A DNA stretch of 63,830 bases, filler included, from Nemertoderma westbladi (taxonomy: Eukaryota; Animalia; Xenacoelomorpha), in the NCBI GenBank assembly GCA_032718475.1. It is 3 parts of 3 records of this genome, joined end to end, with 100 filler letters (N's around TTAATTAATTAA, not from the genome) between each part and the next. Parts side by side here need not be neighbours in the genome. Positions count along the whole stretch, not along the records: positions 28,528 to 58,448 come from JAUCBJ010008880.1; positions 58,549 to 63,830 come from JAUCBJ010000984.1; 1 more part is not named here. One strand, 5' to 3'. Shown here piece after piece: positions 48,219-61,099 of the stretch; within the stretch, counting starts at the first letter, position 1, and each line of letters begins with the position of its first letter. The position numbers and the translations under genes were made by a program. The notes below the pieces were generated by a model. The model was not told the origin of the DNA, did not search any database, and worked only from the letters and a program-made list of their open reading frames with translations.

Positions 48219-51200
48219 TGTTTTCAGTGCTTCATTAAAAGCCGTTAGATAGACCGTTAGACAGCCGTTGCTGTTACTGCTTATACTAACAGACTGAGAC
48301 CTAGCTAGGCCTAAGGTAAGATACTGAAAGTATCGCGACGAAATGGAAACACTGATAGCAAACACTTATTAATGTTGCAGTAGTCTACGTAACATTAAGC
48401 TCCCATAAAGCCATCCTTTCTTTCTGGTACTGTCACTGTGACCGTTATGGGCTTCCGTAGCAAACGGAGGGTACTCGGGACAACGGCAAGGAGCAGCGAA
48501 TACGGCGAATTGGGGATACCCGGAGCCGGAACGCCCATATGAGGATGTCCCAATAATAATAATATAATATAAACCAAATATAAGCCTATTCCCTACTACA
48601 ATGGATACTTCAGTAATAAATATTTGTTACTGTAGTAACTAAATATTTAATTGGTGGCAAAAAACGTAGGCTTTTTTTGTCTTATGGCTTTATTATTTGG
48701 CGTGCGTAGCGAGACAAATAAGAAAGCAAGTCAAAAAATGTTACTTTATGCCACCACTTCCGTCGTTTTATTTGTTGTAAGTCTCCTCTCACTTTTATCT
48801 CGGCCTATTTCAGCATAACTATCGTCCATCGAAGCTTCTTCCATAGTGATACACGGGCATTGATTTCACACCTTGGGTACACATACTTTTACCAATTTTT
48901 TTCATATAAAAAGGCTTTTATCATGAGGTTTTTTTTCTAGAACAAATATTTGACCTTCTGATCGTAGTATGGTATTTTTTCCAAAAAATGAAATATGTTC
49001 TAGAACAGAAATATTTATCAAAATTGATAACTTGTTCTATAAAATTTATAAAAAAGTTGAAAAAACTAACTAGTATAAAAAATATAAAATGTGTTCTAGA
49101 ACAAAAAAAGTGTTCTAGAATAAAAATATTTATCAAAATTGATAGCTAACACGTGTCTATAACATTTATAAAAAATTAGCAAAAACTAGCTAGTATTAGA
49201 AATTATCTATTTAATTTATTATCCATTTAAATGCAATGTTATTATTAATGTCATGGAAACATTACTTTTTCTGTTGACATAAAAAGTGTTCTTTTTTTGT
49301 CAAACTTGTTAACGACTTCGACAAAAAAGGTGACTTACAACACATAAAAATATTTATTACTGCCGTATTTTTTTGGACGCATTTTTATTGTTTCAAGGAG
49401 ATTTGTATTATTAATATTTTGACCCTTTAGAGACGCCATGCGGCGACTGGCAATAGCTCGTTTACCCTAATATGACCTACAATAGTCATGTTCCATGACA
49501 ATAAAGACTCAATTTTTTTGTTTCTTCCGTCAAAGAAAAAAACCATAGTTGTGTATTCCGGCGAGCAATTTGTTGGAAATAATTAGAATTGTGGCTCAAA
49601 CAAAGATTGACATCGCTGAAAGAGCTTCCCTTCACTGTAATTGATTGGTATCCTTTCCATCATTTCATTAACGATCGCAAGAGGGAAATGGATTTGGTTG
49701 TTGAACTTATTTCTTAGGAAAGTAAGTCTGATTGATTGATTATCCCCACTGATAATAACTGATATGTCCTCATAGACAGTAACACTAAGTCAATAATATA
49801 TCCTTCGGGTTGTCATTGTAATCACGCTAAGATGTCAACATTTGACATTATAAATTAATTCTGTCATTTCCGATCTGCCTTTTGTTTCTAATTTTTTTGC
49901 CGGATTGTTTTCGTGGATAGCGTAATTCAATTCTAACATTAGATTTATTACTTTATACCTAGTGATTACTATTATTTTGAAGTGTCTTCGACGTTATTTC
50001 TCTTTTTAAAGTATTGATATTAACAAGCTGGCAAGCCCGGAGGGTTCACGGTCCTCCTACTTAATCAGTACAATAATAATAACCGATACATCATTGTCGA
50101 AACGTACCCCTGTACCCAGTATTCGGGTACCGGCTGGCGGCTGACCGGTACGTTTTCGTTCGGGTAGGCCTATGTTTCCTTTTCACTTGTTCCCATCGTA
50201 GGCGACCTCATGCTCATCCCACCACGACCACGACCACCAGTTACGAGTTGGGTAGGCGTCTACCGGCAACCGGTAAGTAATTACGCGCCACACGACGTCA
50301 TCCCGCCATCCGCCAACATTTATACCGGTACGGTAAGCCTACCACGACCACCTACTGGCTGGCTACAGGGCTACCATCGCACCGTAGGTCTACCGCCTAC
50401 GCCTACCGGTCAACCGGTAACGGTAGGCTACCGCGTACCGGTACAGCGGTACCCGGTACTCAAAGTCGTACCGGTATTGTCGTAATTGACAAATGCAGGA
50501 TTAAACCGTAACCCGTTCCGGTACCGGTACCATATGCATCTGAACGACTGGACGGTTAATCTCATAGCATAGCTGCATAGGCCTACCGGTAGTCAGTGCG
50601 AAGTCGCCTGCGAACATGGCGAAATATTATATTTAAGCCAGGCATAGCCTACCTGATGGATAATAATAAACTGAAATGCTATGCCGGTCTGCCAGTCAGA
50701 AGTACCGGTACTTGGTACTGCCAGTTTGCTGCTATGCCAGTATGCTGGTATGCTAGCAGGTAGTGCATAGTGCTAAGATTGCTAACCATCGGACCGTACT
50801 AGCAGACATCAGTACAATCAGACAGTACTAGCAGTCTAGGGCCTACAGGACTGCAGTACCGGTACTGCAGTATTGGTAATTGCTAATGCTAATTAATTAC
50901 CTTAATTAAATCTTCAATTAGGTCATAATGTAGGTCCAAATTTAAAAATCGGCCTCCGTTAATCGATTTATAAATAATTCAGGTACCTCCATGCCAAATA
51001 TCAGAATCATTCATTGCGTTCCCTATGACAAGATAGCTTTTTCCTAAACCATGCGAAAACACGCAAATATAGCGCTCACATCGCACAAATACCATCTCGA
51101 CACCCAATTTTTTGTATGAGCCTTCGCCATCCCTATATCTAACTTTTGTCCAAATTTTATTTCGATTGATTAATAAATAACTGAGATATCGCTCTGGACA

Positions 51201-52827
51201 CACACACACACACCCTTACGTGTTTATTATGGAAACCGGGGAGGCCAAATTTTGTAACAACAAACTGGGGACCAAAAGGAAACGCTTGTAATTCATTTGG
51301 TCATTAAGGAATTTTAACGACAGGTGCAAATTCGTAATCAGCGGAAAATTATCTATCTTTAATGCACCTATTAATTAACTGAAAATATAAATTTAATGTC
51401 CCGTTTCTACCATGCACACCGGGGACACACTTAGCAAACCGGGGACACACCTATGTACTTGAAAAGTGTTAGAGGTGTTCGTTTGTTTTTTACAAAATGG
51501 GGCTTGTTAGCAGTTGTTATGGAAACTATAGGCCCAATGTATCTGGCTTAGTTGTTTAGGTACAATAATAATAGGACATAACCTACTAGAATACTGGCCA
51601 CCCCGTCTCCGTAGAAAAGCACTATTAGCCAATACAATTACAACAAGATTGTGAGGCATATATTTAGTCTAGTACAAACAATGATGGGTGATACTTATGT
51701 ATGCGATCATCCTTCTTTATTGATTGTGTGTGTCTGAGAGTTTCGTAATTTATTATCAAAGCGGGGATGGAAGATTTATTAAATTTGTCTTAGATAAATT
51801 TAGGCATAATTTCATTATTACTGTATTGGGTAACTCCGGTAACATACATAGAATTGTATTCATATTTCAGATTGCATTATATTATTTAATAAATACTATA
51901 ATAAATAAATAATTACAAAATAAATTTCACACTGAAACCCAAAGAACCCCCTGAAATGGAGATAAATTTATCTATTAACTCTATTAGTAGTCATGTACTT
52001 GGTGGATGTATATTGTATACGCTACTCCGACAACCACTGCTGATAACGACAAATATGAAACTGTAACATGTTCCCATGGCTGTAGTTTATTGTTTTGGTT
52101 AGAATAACTGATGTAGCTTTTCGGCGTATCGTTTCCTTTTACACCCGTACTATTAAATACGTTTGTTAAATAAAATAACAAAACTGTGTTTAGATACCCA
52201 ACTCAATTACCACAAGCAAAACTGCACAAAACCAAACAACCAGGTATCGTACAGGGGGTCGCGTACCATGCGAGCACGCAGAGGAGGGGGGGGGGGGGGG
52301 GGGGGGGGGGGGTGGTGCTTCCCTCCACATTTGATATTTACAAAAGTTTCACTTCGTTTCATTGACAAATTTTGGTTTATGTTGAATTAAAAACTGTGAC
52401 CCTGAAAACCAACCTGGACTGGCTGGACTGGAAATCTATATGTTTGACTCACATTCAATTTATTGAAAAGTATAGGCCTACTGGCGGTCTTCTAAATGGG
52501 GGGGGGGGGGGGGGGGGGGGGGTGACATACTATAAGTTATAGTAGGTCATGGGGGGACTAATTTAATTGTTTAATCGCACACTTTTGTACAGAGAGCGAA
52601 TTTAGGGTATGTTTCATCAGTATATTTACAGACACTGAAAGCTATAATAGCCTAAAAATTTGTATATTTCTGACTTGAAAATTTAAATGCTAACTACTGA
52701 CTTATGAACTTTCGTTTTCAAACAATTTACAAAAGAATAATTGTTCTCTGAAACGAAACTCTAATAACTTAAATGAATATCTAATAACTAAATTAAATGT
52801 ACGCGCAGCACGAGACTGTGTATGTAC

Positions 52828-53016
52828 GGTTCGTAGCAAACTTCACCGGCGAGAAAGCTTCGTCCTCGTCCAATCTTCGCCCTCAAAATGAGCAACTATT
52901 CGCCCGGTGGAAACCTAAAATGGCAACTAACACAAATCTTATTGGGCGAAGGTTGCTCACTGGCGAAGATTGCCTTGCGGGCGAAGGTTCCCCGGGCGAA
53001 GATTGTATGCCAACCC
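52828..53016. mobile_element. Small MITE with inverted cttcgccc/gggcgaag subterminal repeats
   Basis: Near-identical flanks gtatgtac / gtacgtac; repeats in opposite orientation at the two ends. Confidence 0.55.
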
Positions 53017-53144
53017 GTACGTACCAAATTTGTTTTACTGTACCTTATAGAGTTATTAGTAGAACTAGTTTTGATAGAGTTATTCGTAAACTACGACGTA
53101 AATGATGATTGGAGATATTTAGCCACCTTCCCTCAGTAAGAAAC

Positions 53145-56100
53145 ATGGATGGTATAAGAAAAAGATTTCGGAAAGAAAACGTCTGTAACGATGGTATTCG
53201 AAAACAATATCAACTCAGAAAGAGACTTGTTAGTGCAGTCCATATTGTCCCCACTTCTGTCCCGTTCCCCCTTGTTGCCCCCACTGCTGTCTCTGTCCCC
53301 CCTGTTGCTCCGACTGCTTTTTCTGTCCCCCCTGTTGCTCCGACAGATGTCTCTGTCACCCAAGTTGCCCCTACTGCTGTCTATGTCCCACCAATTACTC
53401 CGACTGCTGCCTATGTCCCACCAATTACTCCGACTGCTGTATCTGTCCCTCCTGTTGCTCCGACTGCTGTCTCTGTTCCCCCTGTTGCTCCGACTGCATT
53501 CTCTGCCCCCCCCCCCTGTTGCTCCGACAGATGTCTCTTTCACCCAAGTTGCCCCTACTGCTGTCTATGTCCCACCAATTACTCAGACTGATGTCTTTGT
53601 TCCCCCTGTTGCTCCAACTGATATCAATGTCCCACTTGTTGCCCCCGCCGCAGTCTCTATCTCCCCTGTTGCTCCGACAGATGTCGATAACCTACTTGTA
53701 GCCCGCACTTCTGTCCCGTTCCCCCTTGTTGTCCCCACTGATGTCTCTGCCCCCCCTGTTGCTCCGGCAGATATCGATATCCCACTTGTAGCCCCCACTG
53801 CTGTCTCTGTCCCCCCTGTTGCTCCGACTGCTTTCTCTATCTCCCCTGTTGCTCCGACAGATGTCTCTGTCACCCAAGTTGCCCCTACTGCTGTCTATGA
53901 CTCACCAATTACTCCGACTGATGTCTTTGTTCCCCCTGTTGCTCCAACTGATATCAATGTCCCACTTGTTGCCCCCACCGCAGTCTCTATCCCCCCTGTT
54001 GCTCCGACTGATGTCGATAACCTACTTGTAGCCCGCACTTCTGTCCCGTTCCCCCTTGTTGTCCCCACTGATGTCTCTGCCCCCCCTGTTGCTCCGGCAG
54101 ATATCGATATCCCACTTGTAGCCCCCACTGCTGTCTCTGTCCCCCCTGTTGCTCCGACTGATTTCTCTATCTCCCCTGTTGCTCCGACAGATGTCTCTGT
54201 CACCCAAGTTGCCCCTACTGCTGTCTATGTCCCACCAATTACTCCGACTGATGTCAGTCTCCCAGTAGTTGCCCCCACTGCTGTCTATATCCCCCCTCTT
54301 ACTGATACTGATGTCCCCGTTATCTCTATTGCTCCCTCTGATTTAAATACTTGTTCTCCTGCCAAGAAGGTCACCGACCTCATCGATGACTACTTCAGTG
54401 ATTACATGCCCAATGATGATGATGAATCAGCGATAGCGATACTTGAATCAATAGATCTTCAAGATGAAAACATTTCAGACTTATATATGAGACCACTTAC
54501 AACCATTTCACCATCTGCAATAGAGTCAGATCCATTTTCACTTGATATATTAGAAGACCTTGGCTGTGATGATTGTCGAGATAAAGACTGGGTACTTTCT
54601 GATGATGAGATATCAGAATCTTGTGATGATGAGTACAATAAGAATGAAGAAATTATTAATCCCGGAGTAGGATGCTCTATTTCAAAGAAATCTAAAGTGA
54701 AGGCTAAGTACTCAATGAATAAGGAATCAAGTGTTCAAATACCCTACACTAATAATGAAGGTGGTCGTAGTTATGATAAAAAGCAATACTGTTTTTATTG
54801 TAAACAGCCGCAGTCAAAATTGCATAACCATTTGACACGAAAGCATTCAAATGAAGATTTTGTCATTCGCATCATGATAGCTGGTTCTTTAGCTGAAAAA
54901 CATAGTCTACAGAGCAAGATTCGTAACCTTGGGGCTCATGTACACAATATTGAAGTTCTAGAAAAGAACCAAGGCACATTACAGGTTGTATATCGACATA
55001 GTAAGAGCGTTTCAGAATCCCAATGTTATACTGTAGATAACTATGGCCCATGCCCTGTTTGTATGGGGTGGTATTTAAAAGGTGATCTTTGGCGCCATCG
55101 TTGCCCATTGCGTGATATAGGTAAAGAGTCTGGACATGGTTGTCTAGGAACAGGGAGGTGGTCCTATGAAAGTAAACTGCTCATACCCTGTATTGGAAGT
55201 CCATCAGATCTATCCAAAACGGTGAAAGAGATTATATCTTCTATGAACAACGGCCCAGTTTCTTTTGCTGTAAGGTCAGATGCCTTAATATTGGAATTTG
55301 CTAAAAGGGAGTGCCATAAGAATGGCCATGATTACGACCGTAGAGGTTATATCAGAGATAAGTTGCGTGAACTTGGGCGTCTCTTGATACAATTGAGGGA
55401 ATGCGAGAACATTCCAAGGGCAAAGTTGCAGGATTTCATCATCCCGTCTAAACTAACAGTTATAGTGGATGCAGTATACAAGTTGGCTGGTTTTGATTCT
55501 TCGTCCAACACCTTTCAGCATCCTTCCCTGGCATTGAAGCTGGGTCACTCTGTAAAGAAATGTGCAACACTATTGAAGGCTAGTTCAATTGAACTAAATG
55601 ATACTGATACTATGGAGTCTGCGGACAACTTCCTATCACTGTGCACCATAAGATGGCCAGTGTCAGTCTCAGGTCATGCACTACGTACCATTCAACAGAA
55701 CAAGCGTAATAAGCCACAATTGCTCCCATTAGTCAGCGACATTGTTAAACTAACTGAATATATTCAGCAAAGGATTCCAGAACATATGTCATTAATTGAT
55801 AAGGAAATTCAAATTAAACAAAGTTGGCAATCCCTTAATGAGCTTGTACTTGCGTACTTAATTATCTTTAACAGACGTAGACAAGGAGAGGTATCGAAAA
55901 TTAAGGTTGATGACTTTAGTAAACGTCATCATGTAAATGAGGTGTCAGATGACAATAGCCACTTGGGTGTTCTCGAACAGAACATGTGTCGACTCTTTCA
56001 AGTAATGGAGATTGTTGGTAAATGTGGTCGTACTGTACCAGTTCTTTTAAATGGTAAAACCATCGGAGCTATCGAGTGTTTGTTGAAGTATCGAGAGGAA

Positions 56101-56476
56101 GTTGGCGTTAATAGCACGAATGAATATCTCTTTGCTCGTGCGAACTATGGTAGTGTTTCCCACATCCGAGGATATGATGCTCTGCACAGCCTTGTTTCTG
56201 TTGTCAACCTCACAAATCCAAAGGCTATGACATCTACGAAGTTACGTAAGCATATTGCCACAAGTGTGGCTATGCTAAATCTTAGCGAACAAGACCTCGA
56301 GCTGTTGGCAGGTTTTATGGGCCACGACATACGCGTTCATCGAGAGTTTTACCGCTTACCTGATAAAGTCCAGAGGGTAACCAAGTTATCCAAGCTGTTC
56401 ATGGTAATGGAGAAGGGCAACCTGGCTGAATTTAAAGGGCGTAATCTGGAGGATATCCTGAATGATAATTCTATAG
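53145..56476 (+). CDS. Tyrosine recombinase, coding exon 1: Pro/Thr/Val repeat N-terminus, C2H2-like zinc fingers, YR catalytic domain; frameshift in the C11 run at 53506-53516
   Basis: ATG at 53145; CFYC..H..H and CPVC..H zinc motifs; catalytic set FNRRR(R), GKCGR(K), TKLRK(R), FMGH(H), HREFY(Y); donor G|GTGAGT. Confidence 0.85.
53240..54335 (+). repeat. Coding 30-bp repeat (PPVAPTDVSV-like) with a 330-bp (11-unit) higher-order duplication
   Basis: 53581.. and 53911.. are near-identical and 330 bp apart. Confidence 0.9.
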
Positions 56477-56807
56477 GTGAGTGTGTCTATTTAATATTTA
56501 TCTAGGTATCTTATCTGTAGGTAAGAGGGGGGGGGGGGGGGGGGGTCCAGCGCAATCAAAATGGGGTAAATCGAAGCAAATAACAGCTGATTACTCCCAA
56601 CAATGAATCTGTAACCTGTTCTATTGATTGGGTTTATTGTTTTGGTTGGAATAACGTGCGACTTTAATCTGCATCCCTAAATTGATAATTTAACATGAAG
56701 GAGAAAATTAAATTTGGCGAGATGGGATTTCAACTTACAATTTCTGGGTTATGTATTATCTTTCCATTCCTACATTTTACAATAATTTTCATTGTTTTCA
56801 TTTATAG

Positions 56808-56996
56808 ACCACCTTATGGACAATTCAGATTCTGATTCTGACGTCGAACCTGTTACTCAAATAGAAGGTTATGATCAAGTTGCTGCTGCTGTTCAAATTG
56901 GTGTTGATGGGATTGATGATCATAGGAGTATTGGTCGGCCATCCCCTACTTCATCCACGAGCAGAGCTATTGGCATATCGAATTTTGAAAATACAG
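56808..56996 (+). CDS. Tyrosine recombinase, exon 2 (acidic linker)
   Basis: tttatag|AC..ACAG|gttaag, phase 1/1; DHLMDNSDSDSDVE..FENT. Confidence 0.75.
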
Positions 56997-57809
56997 GTTA
57001 AGAATACAATTTATAATGTATATTTAATGACAAATAATTAAGTTAATATTCATAGGTCGAATAATCGAATCGAAGTCGAAATTGTTTACTTGAGTCGAAT
57101 CGAAATTGTGCTGAATCGAATCGAAAAATATATGGGAAATCGAAGACGAAAAATTGCTTTCGATTCGATTCGATGCAAGTCCCTGCCCTGAGGTCGATAA
57201 AATGAGTACCAGTTAAATAACTGGGAGCAATTCTTAGGATAGGAGTAGCGTCCACCCCTACCTTCGGGTAGCCTCAGGCTTCAGCCGACTATTTTGTGCT
57301 TAAAAGCTGAACTTTTATTAATAACATGAAAATTTTAGGTATTCATGTCTTATTCTTTTTAAAAATTCCCCGTTTTGATAATAGAAAATAATGTCAATTA
57401 ACATAACTTTTTTCAATGAAATTCACCGTCATTGTTTTTATCGAAACGGTAACATTATATTAATGAATAATTATTTTACTCTATGGGAAATTAACTTTAT
57501 TTGTACTGTTGCTGTAAAGAATTCAGCATCTTGTACTTTAGCCAAGAACAAGAATAGTACTGCTTTTTGTATAAAGAGTAGTAGTGTGCAATAAATTGCT
57601 TTGTATGATGTGTTATACTTATATAATTCCATAATATTACTATTTCATTCATGTTACAATGCTACATTGTAAGCACCTTATTAGAAATTAAATAGAAAAA
57701 TGGCACATTTTGGCATTAAATATTGTAATCATATTATTGTGCTTATGGTATCCTAAACGTGATAAAGTGATAACGTTGCTTGTTCACATCTATCTTTTTT
57801 TTTATTCAG

Positions 57810-58048
57810 TACCGGTACGCAAACCAATAATAAAAAGACCCTGGACCATGGCGGAATCAACGGCCTTGACGAATCTTAATGGAATTCAGGAGATGCTTTT
57901 ACTTGAAAAGCTACCAGGTAAAGATCCTCTGGAAAAGTTAATAATTGAAAATCCCGTGCTAAGTGGTAGAACATGGCGAAATGTCAAAGACTATTATCGG
58001 AACAATCGGAAGAAAATCTTAGAAGAGCTATCAGTGAAAAACAACTAA
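57810..58048 (+). CDS. Tyrosine recombinase, exon 3 (Myb/SANT-like C-terminal domain)
   Basis: Polypyrimidine tract + cag acceptor, phase 1; KRPWTMAE..LPGKD..NPVLSGRTWRNVKDYYRN; stop at 58048. Confidence 0.8.
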
Positions 58049-58448
58049 AACACAAGTAGCTGACAAAAAGTACATCGTTTTGTTAACCCAAAACAATGCT
58101 TGTTGACACAGACATTTATTTTCGTTATCGAAGCGGGGAACATAACTGAATTCATATTATTAAAGTTAATCATATGGAAGGAGTAGTATATGAGCAACGA
58201 CTCCCGGTTAGATCTAAATGTAGGGCGTGGCGTGGATGAGATGAACTTTCAGGAGTTGCTTAATTAACATTTAATTAAATTAAACGTCTGCTTTACGTTC
58301 ATATTTTGTAGTAACTACTGTGCATATTTGTTGTATTTTGTTTTAATATACAAATGTTTTATTTGTATTGTATTTGTATTGTGCAGGAAACTATGTACTA
58401 AGTTGTGAATAGATAAGGCATTATAATACATTATTATGGCGAGATACA

Positions 58449-58548
58449 NNNNNNNNNNNNNNNNNNNNNNNNNNNNNNNNNNNNNNNNNNNNTTAATTAA
58501 TTAANNNNNNNNNNNNNNNNNNNNNNNNNNNNNNNNNNNNNNNNNNNN
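58449..58548. other. Artificial contig-joining spacer
   Basis: N run with TTAATTAATTAA. Confidence 0.95.
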
Positions 58549-58930
58549 CTTATTATTATTCTGAAAACCCGGCTTACAGGTAGGGTGTAGGTCAGTACTG
58601 CAGTATGCAGTAGGGGTAGGGCCTACTTCAGTACTTCTGTTCTCTGTATTTAAGAACTGGCAAACGTCCGAATTCTATATACTGATATAAGTACGGTAAG
58701 TGGGTAAGTATCCCAATTGCAAATTCAGCAATACCTAAATACTGTCGGCTTAAGACTGTAAGAATTCTATCTACCAGTCTACCGACTACAGGACTACCCT
58801 GATACCGTTACTACAGTACTATCCACAATCAAATCATCTACCGCCTGACCGGTATCCAGGTTTATTTTTTGGTATTTTTTATTTTTCCCCATACGACATA
58901 CTGACATAGGAGGCCCTATAAATATAATAA

Positions 58931-59407
<477 letters not shown>

Positions 59408-59774
59408 AAACGGACTGTGTTAGCGGTGGTTACGGGCTCAACCTACAGAGACTGTCTATTAAACATCGCGTAGGTTTATTATTCTGTAAGTTTGTGCAAA
59501 ATTATTGATAAAATGAAGTTACAACGCTGAATCATCTTAAACACATTTTTTTTTTCGAATTAACAATATGACAAGCTATATATACCTCTAAATAATTATT
59601 AATTAAGTGCTTCAATTTCAATTTATACTGCTATACACCTCTACATACATTTTCATTGGCACGTGTAGTGAAATATCGGATAGGCTATTGCTTTGCACAA
59701 TAATTGTAAATGAACACAAACACTTAATGTAAAACAACAAAATTATATTTAATTAAGTAGAACTATAAATACTT

Positions 59775-60470
59775 TTGTTTTATTCTTAAATTGTTACTTT
59801 TTCTCTCGAATATACCCCAAAATATTATGTTTCACTTTTTTCCCTGGGAAAAAAAGTAACCCATCGGATTGCATTGATTTTACTTTTTTTCCCGGCGAAA
59901 AAAGTAAAATAACATATTTTTGATGGTATTTCTTAAATTATATTACATATGTTCAAGGAGCAACGACGTAGAAAAGGTTTGGAAGTAATTTAAACAAAAT
60001 CCATGGCCATGCACGCACACACTGAAAGTCATTGCAACTTTAGTGTCTGCAAGGGGAACTCCAAAACGGAACTCAATATCTAATATTGGTTTATGTAGTT
60101 AAGCTGCTCTCTAGTTACGTAATAAATATTCGAGAACACTAAATCATTTAACTTTGAGTAAGGCAGCATCGAGAGTTGGAGAGCACAATAATTACAATAG
60201 CAGTAACTATGGAAGTAATATAGTAAAATACTGTACAGTTCAATTTATTTTGTAACACTATATCGCTCTATGTTCTATTAAAGAATTTAGCAACAAAAAA
60301 AACAAATTTAAGAATAAAATTTCGTATTACATGGGAAAAAAACGTAGAATATATTTTTTTCAATATTCTCTCGACCCTTTATTAACCTCGCTGGCGCTCG
60401 GTAAATAAAATGCCTCGAGAATAATAAAAAAAAGTTCTAATTTTTTTCCCATGTAATAAATAATTATATT
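59775..60470. mobile_element. Second copy of the dispersed repeat at 2040-2740
   Basis: Colinear similarity. Confidence 0.8.
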
Positions 60471-61099
60471 ATAAAAAGAGTTAAAATGGTGTAGCTCGTA
60501 AAAAGTTAGCGGTGCTAATTAAAGATTAACAAATTATTTTTTTATCAAAGATTAATTATTTTGAGAAATAGCAATTTCACTTGTAATTTAATAAACGTGA
60601 GAATTTTCTCTTTAGCTGAATTTTAACCTCAAAATCCCGAAGGTCTAGAGGAAGTTTTTATAACAAGTGTTTAAAAAGTATCAGTCATAAATTAGCAATA
60701 CTGTGGGCAGGTGTTTTTTCAACGATTCTAAAACTGTAAATCTGAATTTCTTTGAGAAATAGCGGAGATATGAGTGATCGGAAATGACATGTTTGCCACA
60801 GCACATCACTGCAGAGAACACTATAAACACTGGGAAAAAAAACTCTGTTTACAATTTGGACTCTAAGATAAAGATTATAACTGTGACCTGTGGAATTCAC
60901 CTTAGAATAATATGCCACTTTGACATTGACATGCTCCTATCGATTAATGGGTAATTAACATTGTTAATTCACCCATGTAGGGTTTTCGCCAATAGTTCCC
61001 CCCCCCCCCCCCCCACCCCACCCCTCCCCTCAGGCGAATATCTTTCTAGTGCTTTGGATTTTGGATGTTTGATATAATGTAATAATGATGTTAATAATG

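Larger units (their letters stand above)
51214..58448 (+). mobile_element. Putative Crypton(V)-like tyrosine-recombinase DNA transposon; right end not reached before the gap
   Basis: Spliced YR gene inside; left boundary inferred at the (AC)n tract 51198-51213, followed by repeated (a)accgggga(c/g) subterminal motifs at ~51233-51450. Confidence 0.55.

Noticed and set aside
53191-53510. Leu-rich N-terminus of the 1104-aa ORF as a signal or TM region
   Set aside because: It is the off-frame reading of the PVAPT repeats upstream of the C11 frameshift
41108-56505. Link between KCTD and Crypton domestication (as for KCTD1)
   Set aside because: This KCTD has the H1 domain of the KCTD8/12/16 group and no YR-derived segment; proximity alone is not evidence
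53145-58048. Bacterial/phage integrase contamination or DIRS retroelement
   Set aside because: Has spliceosomal introns containing host repeats; no RT/RNaseH or phage genes nearby
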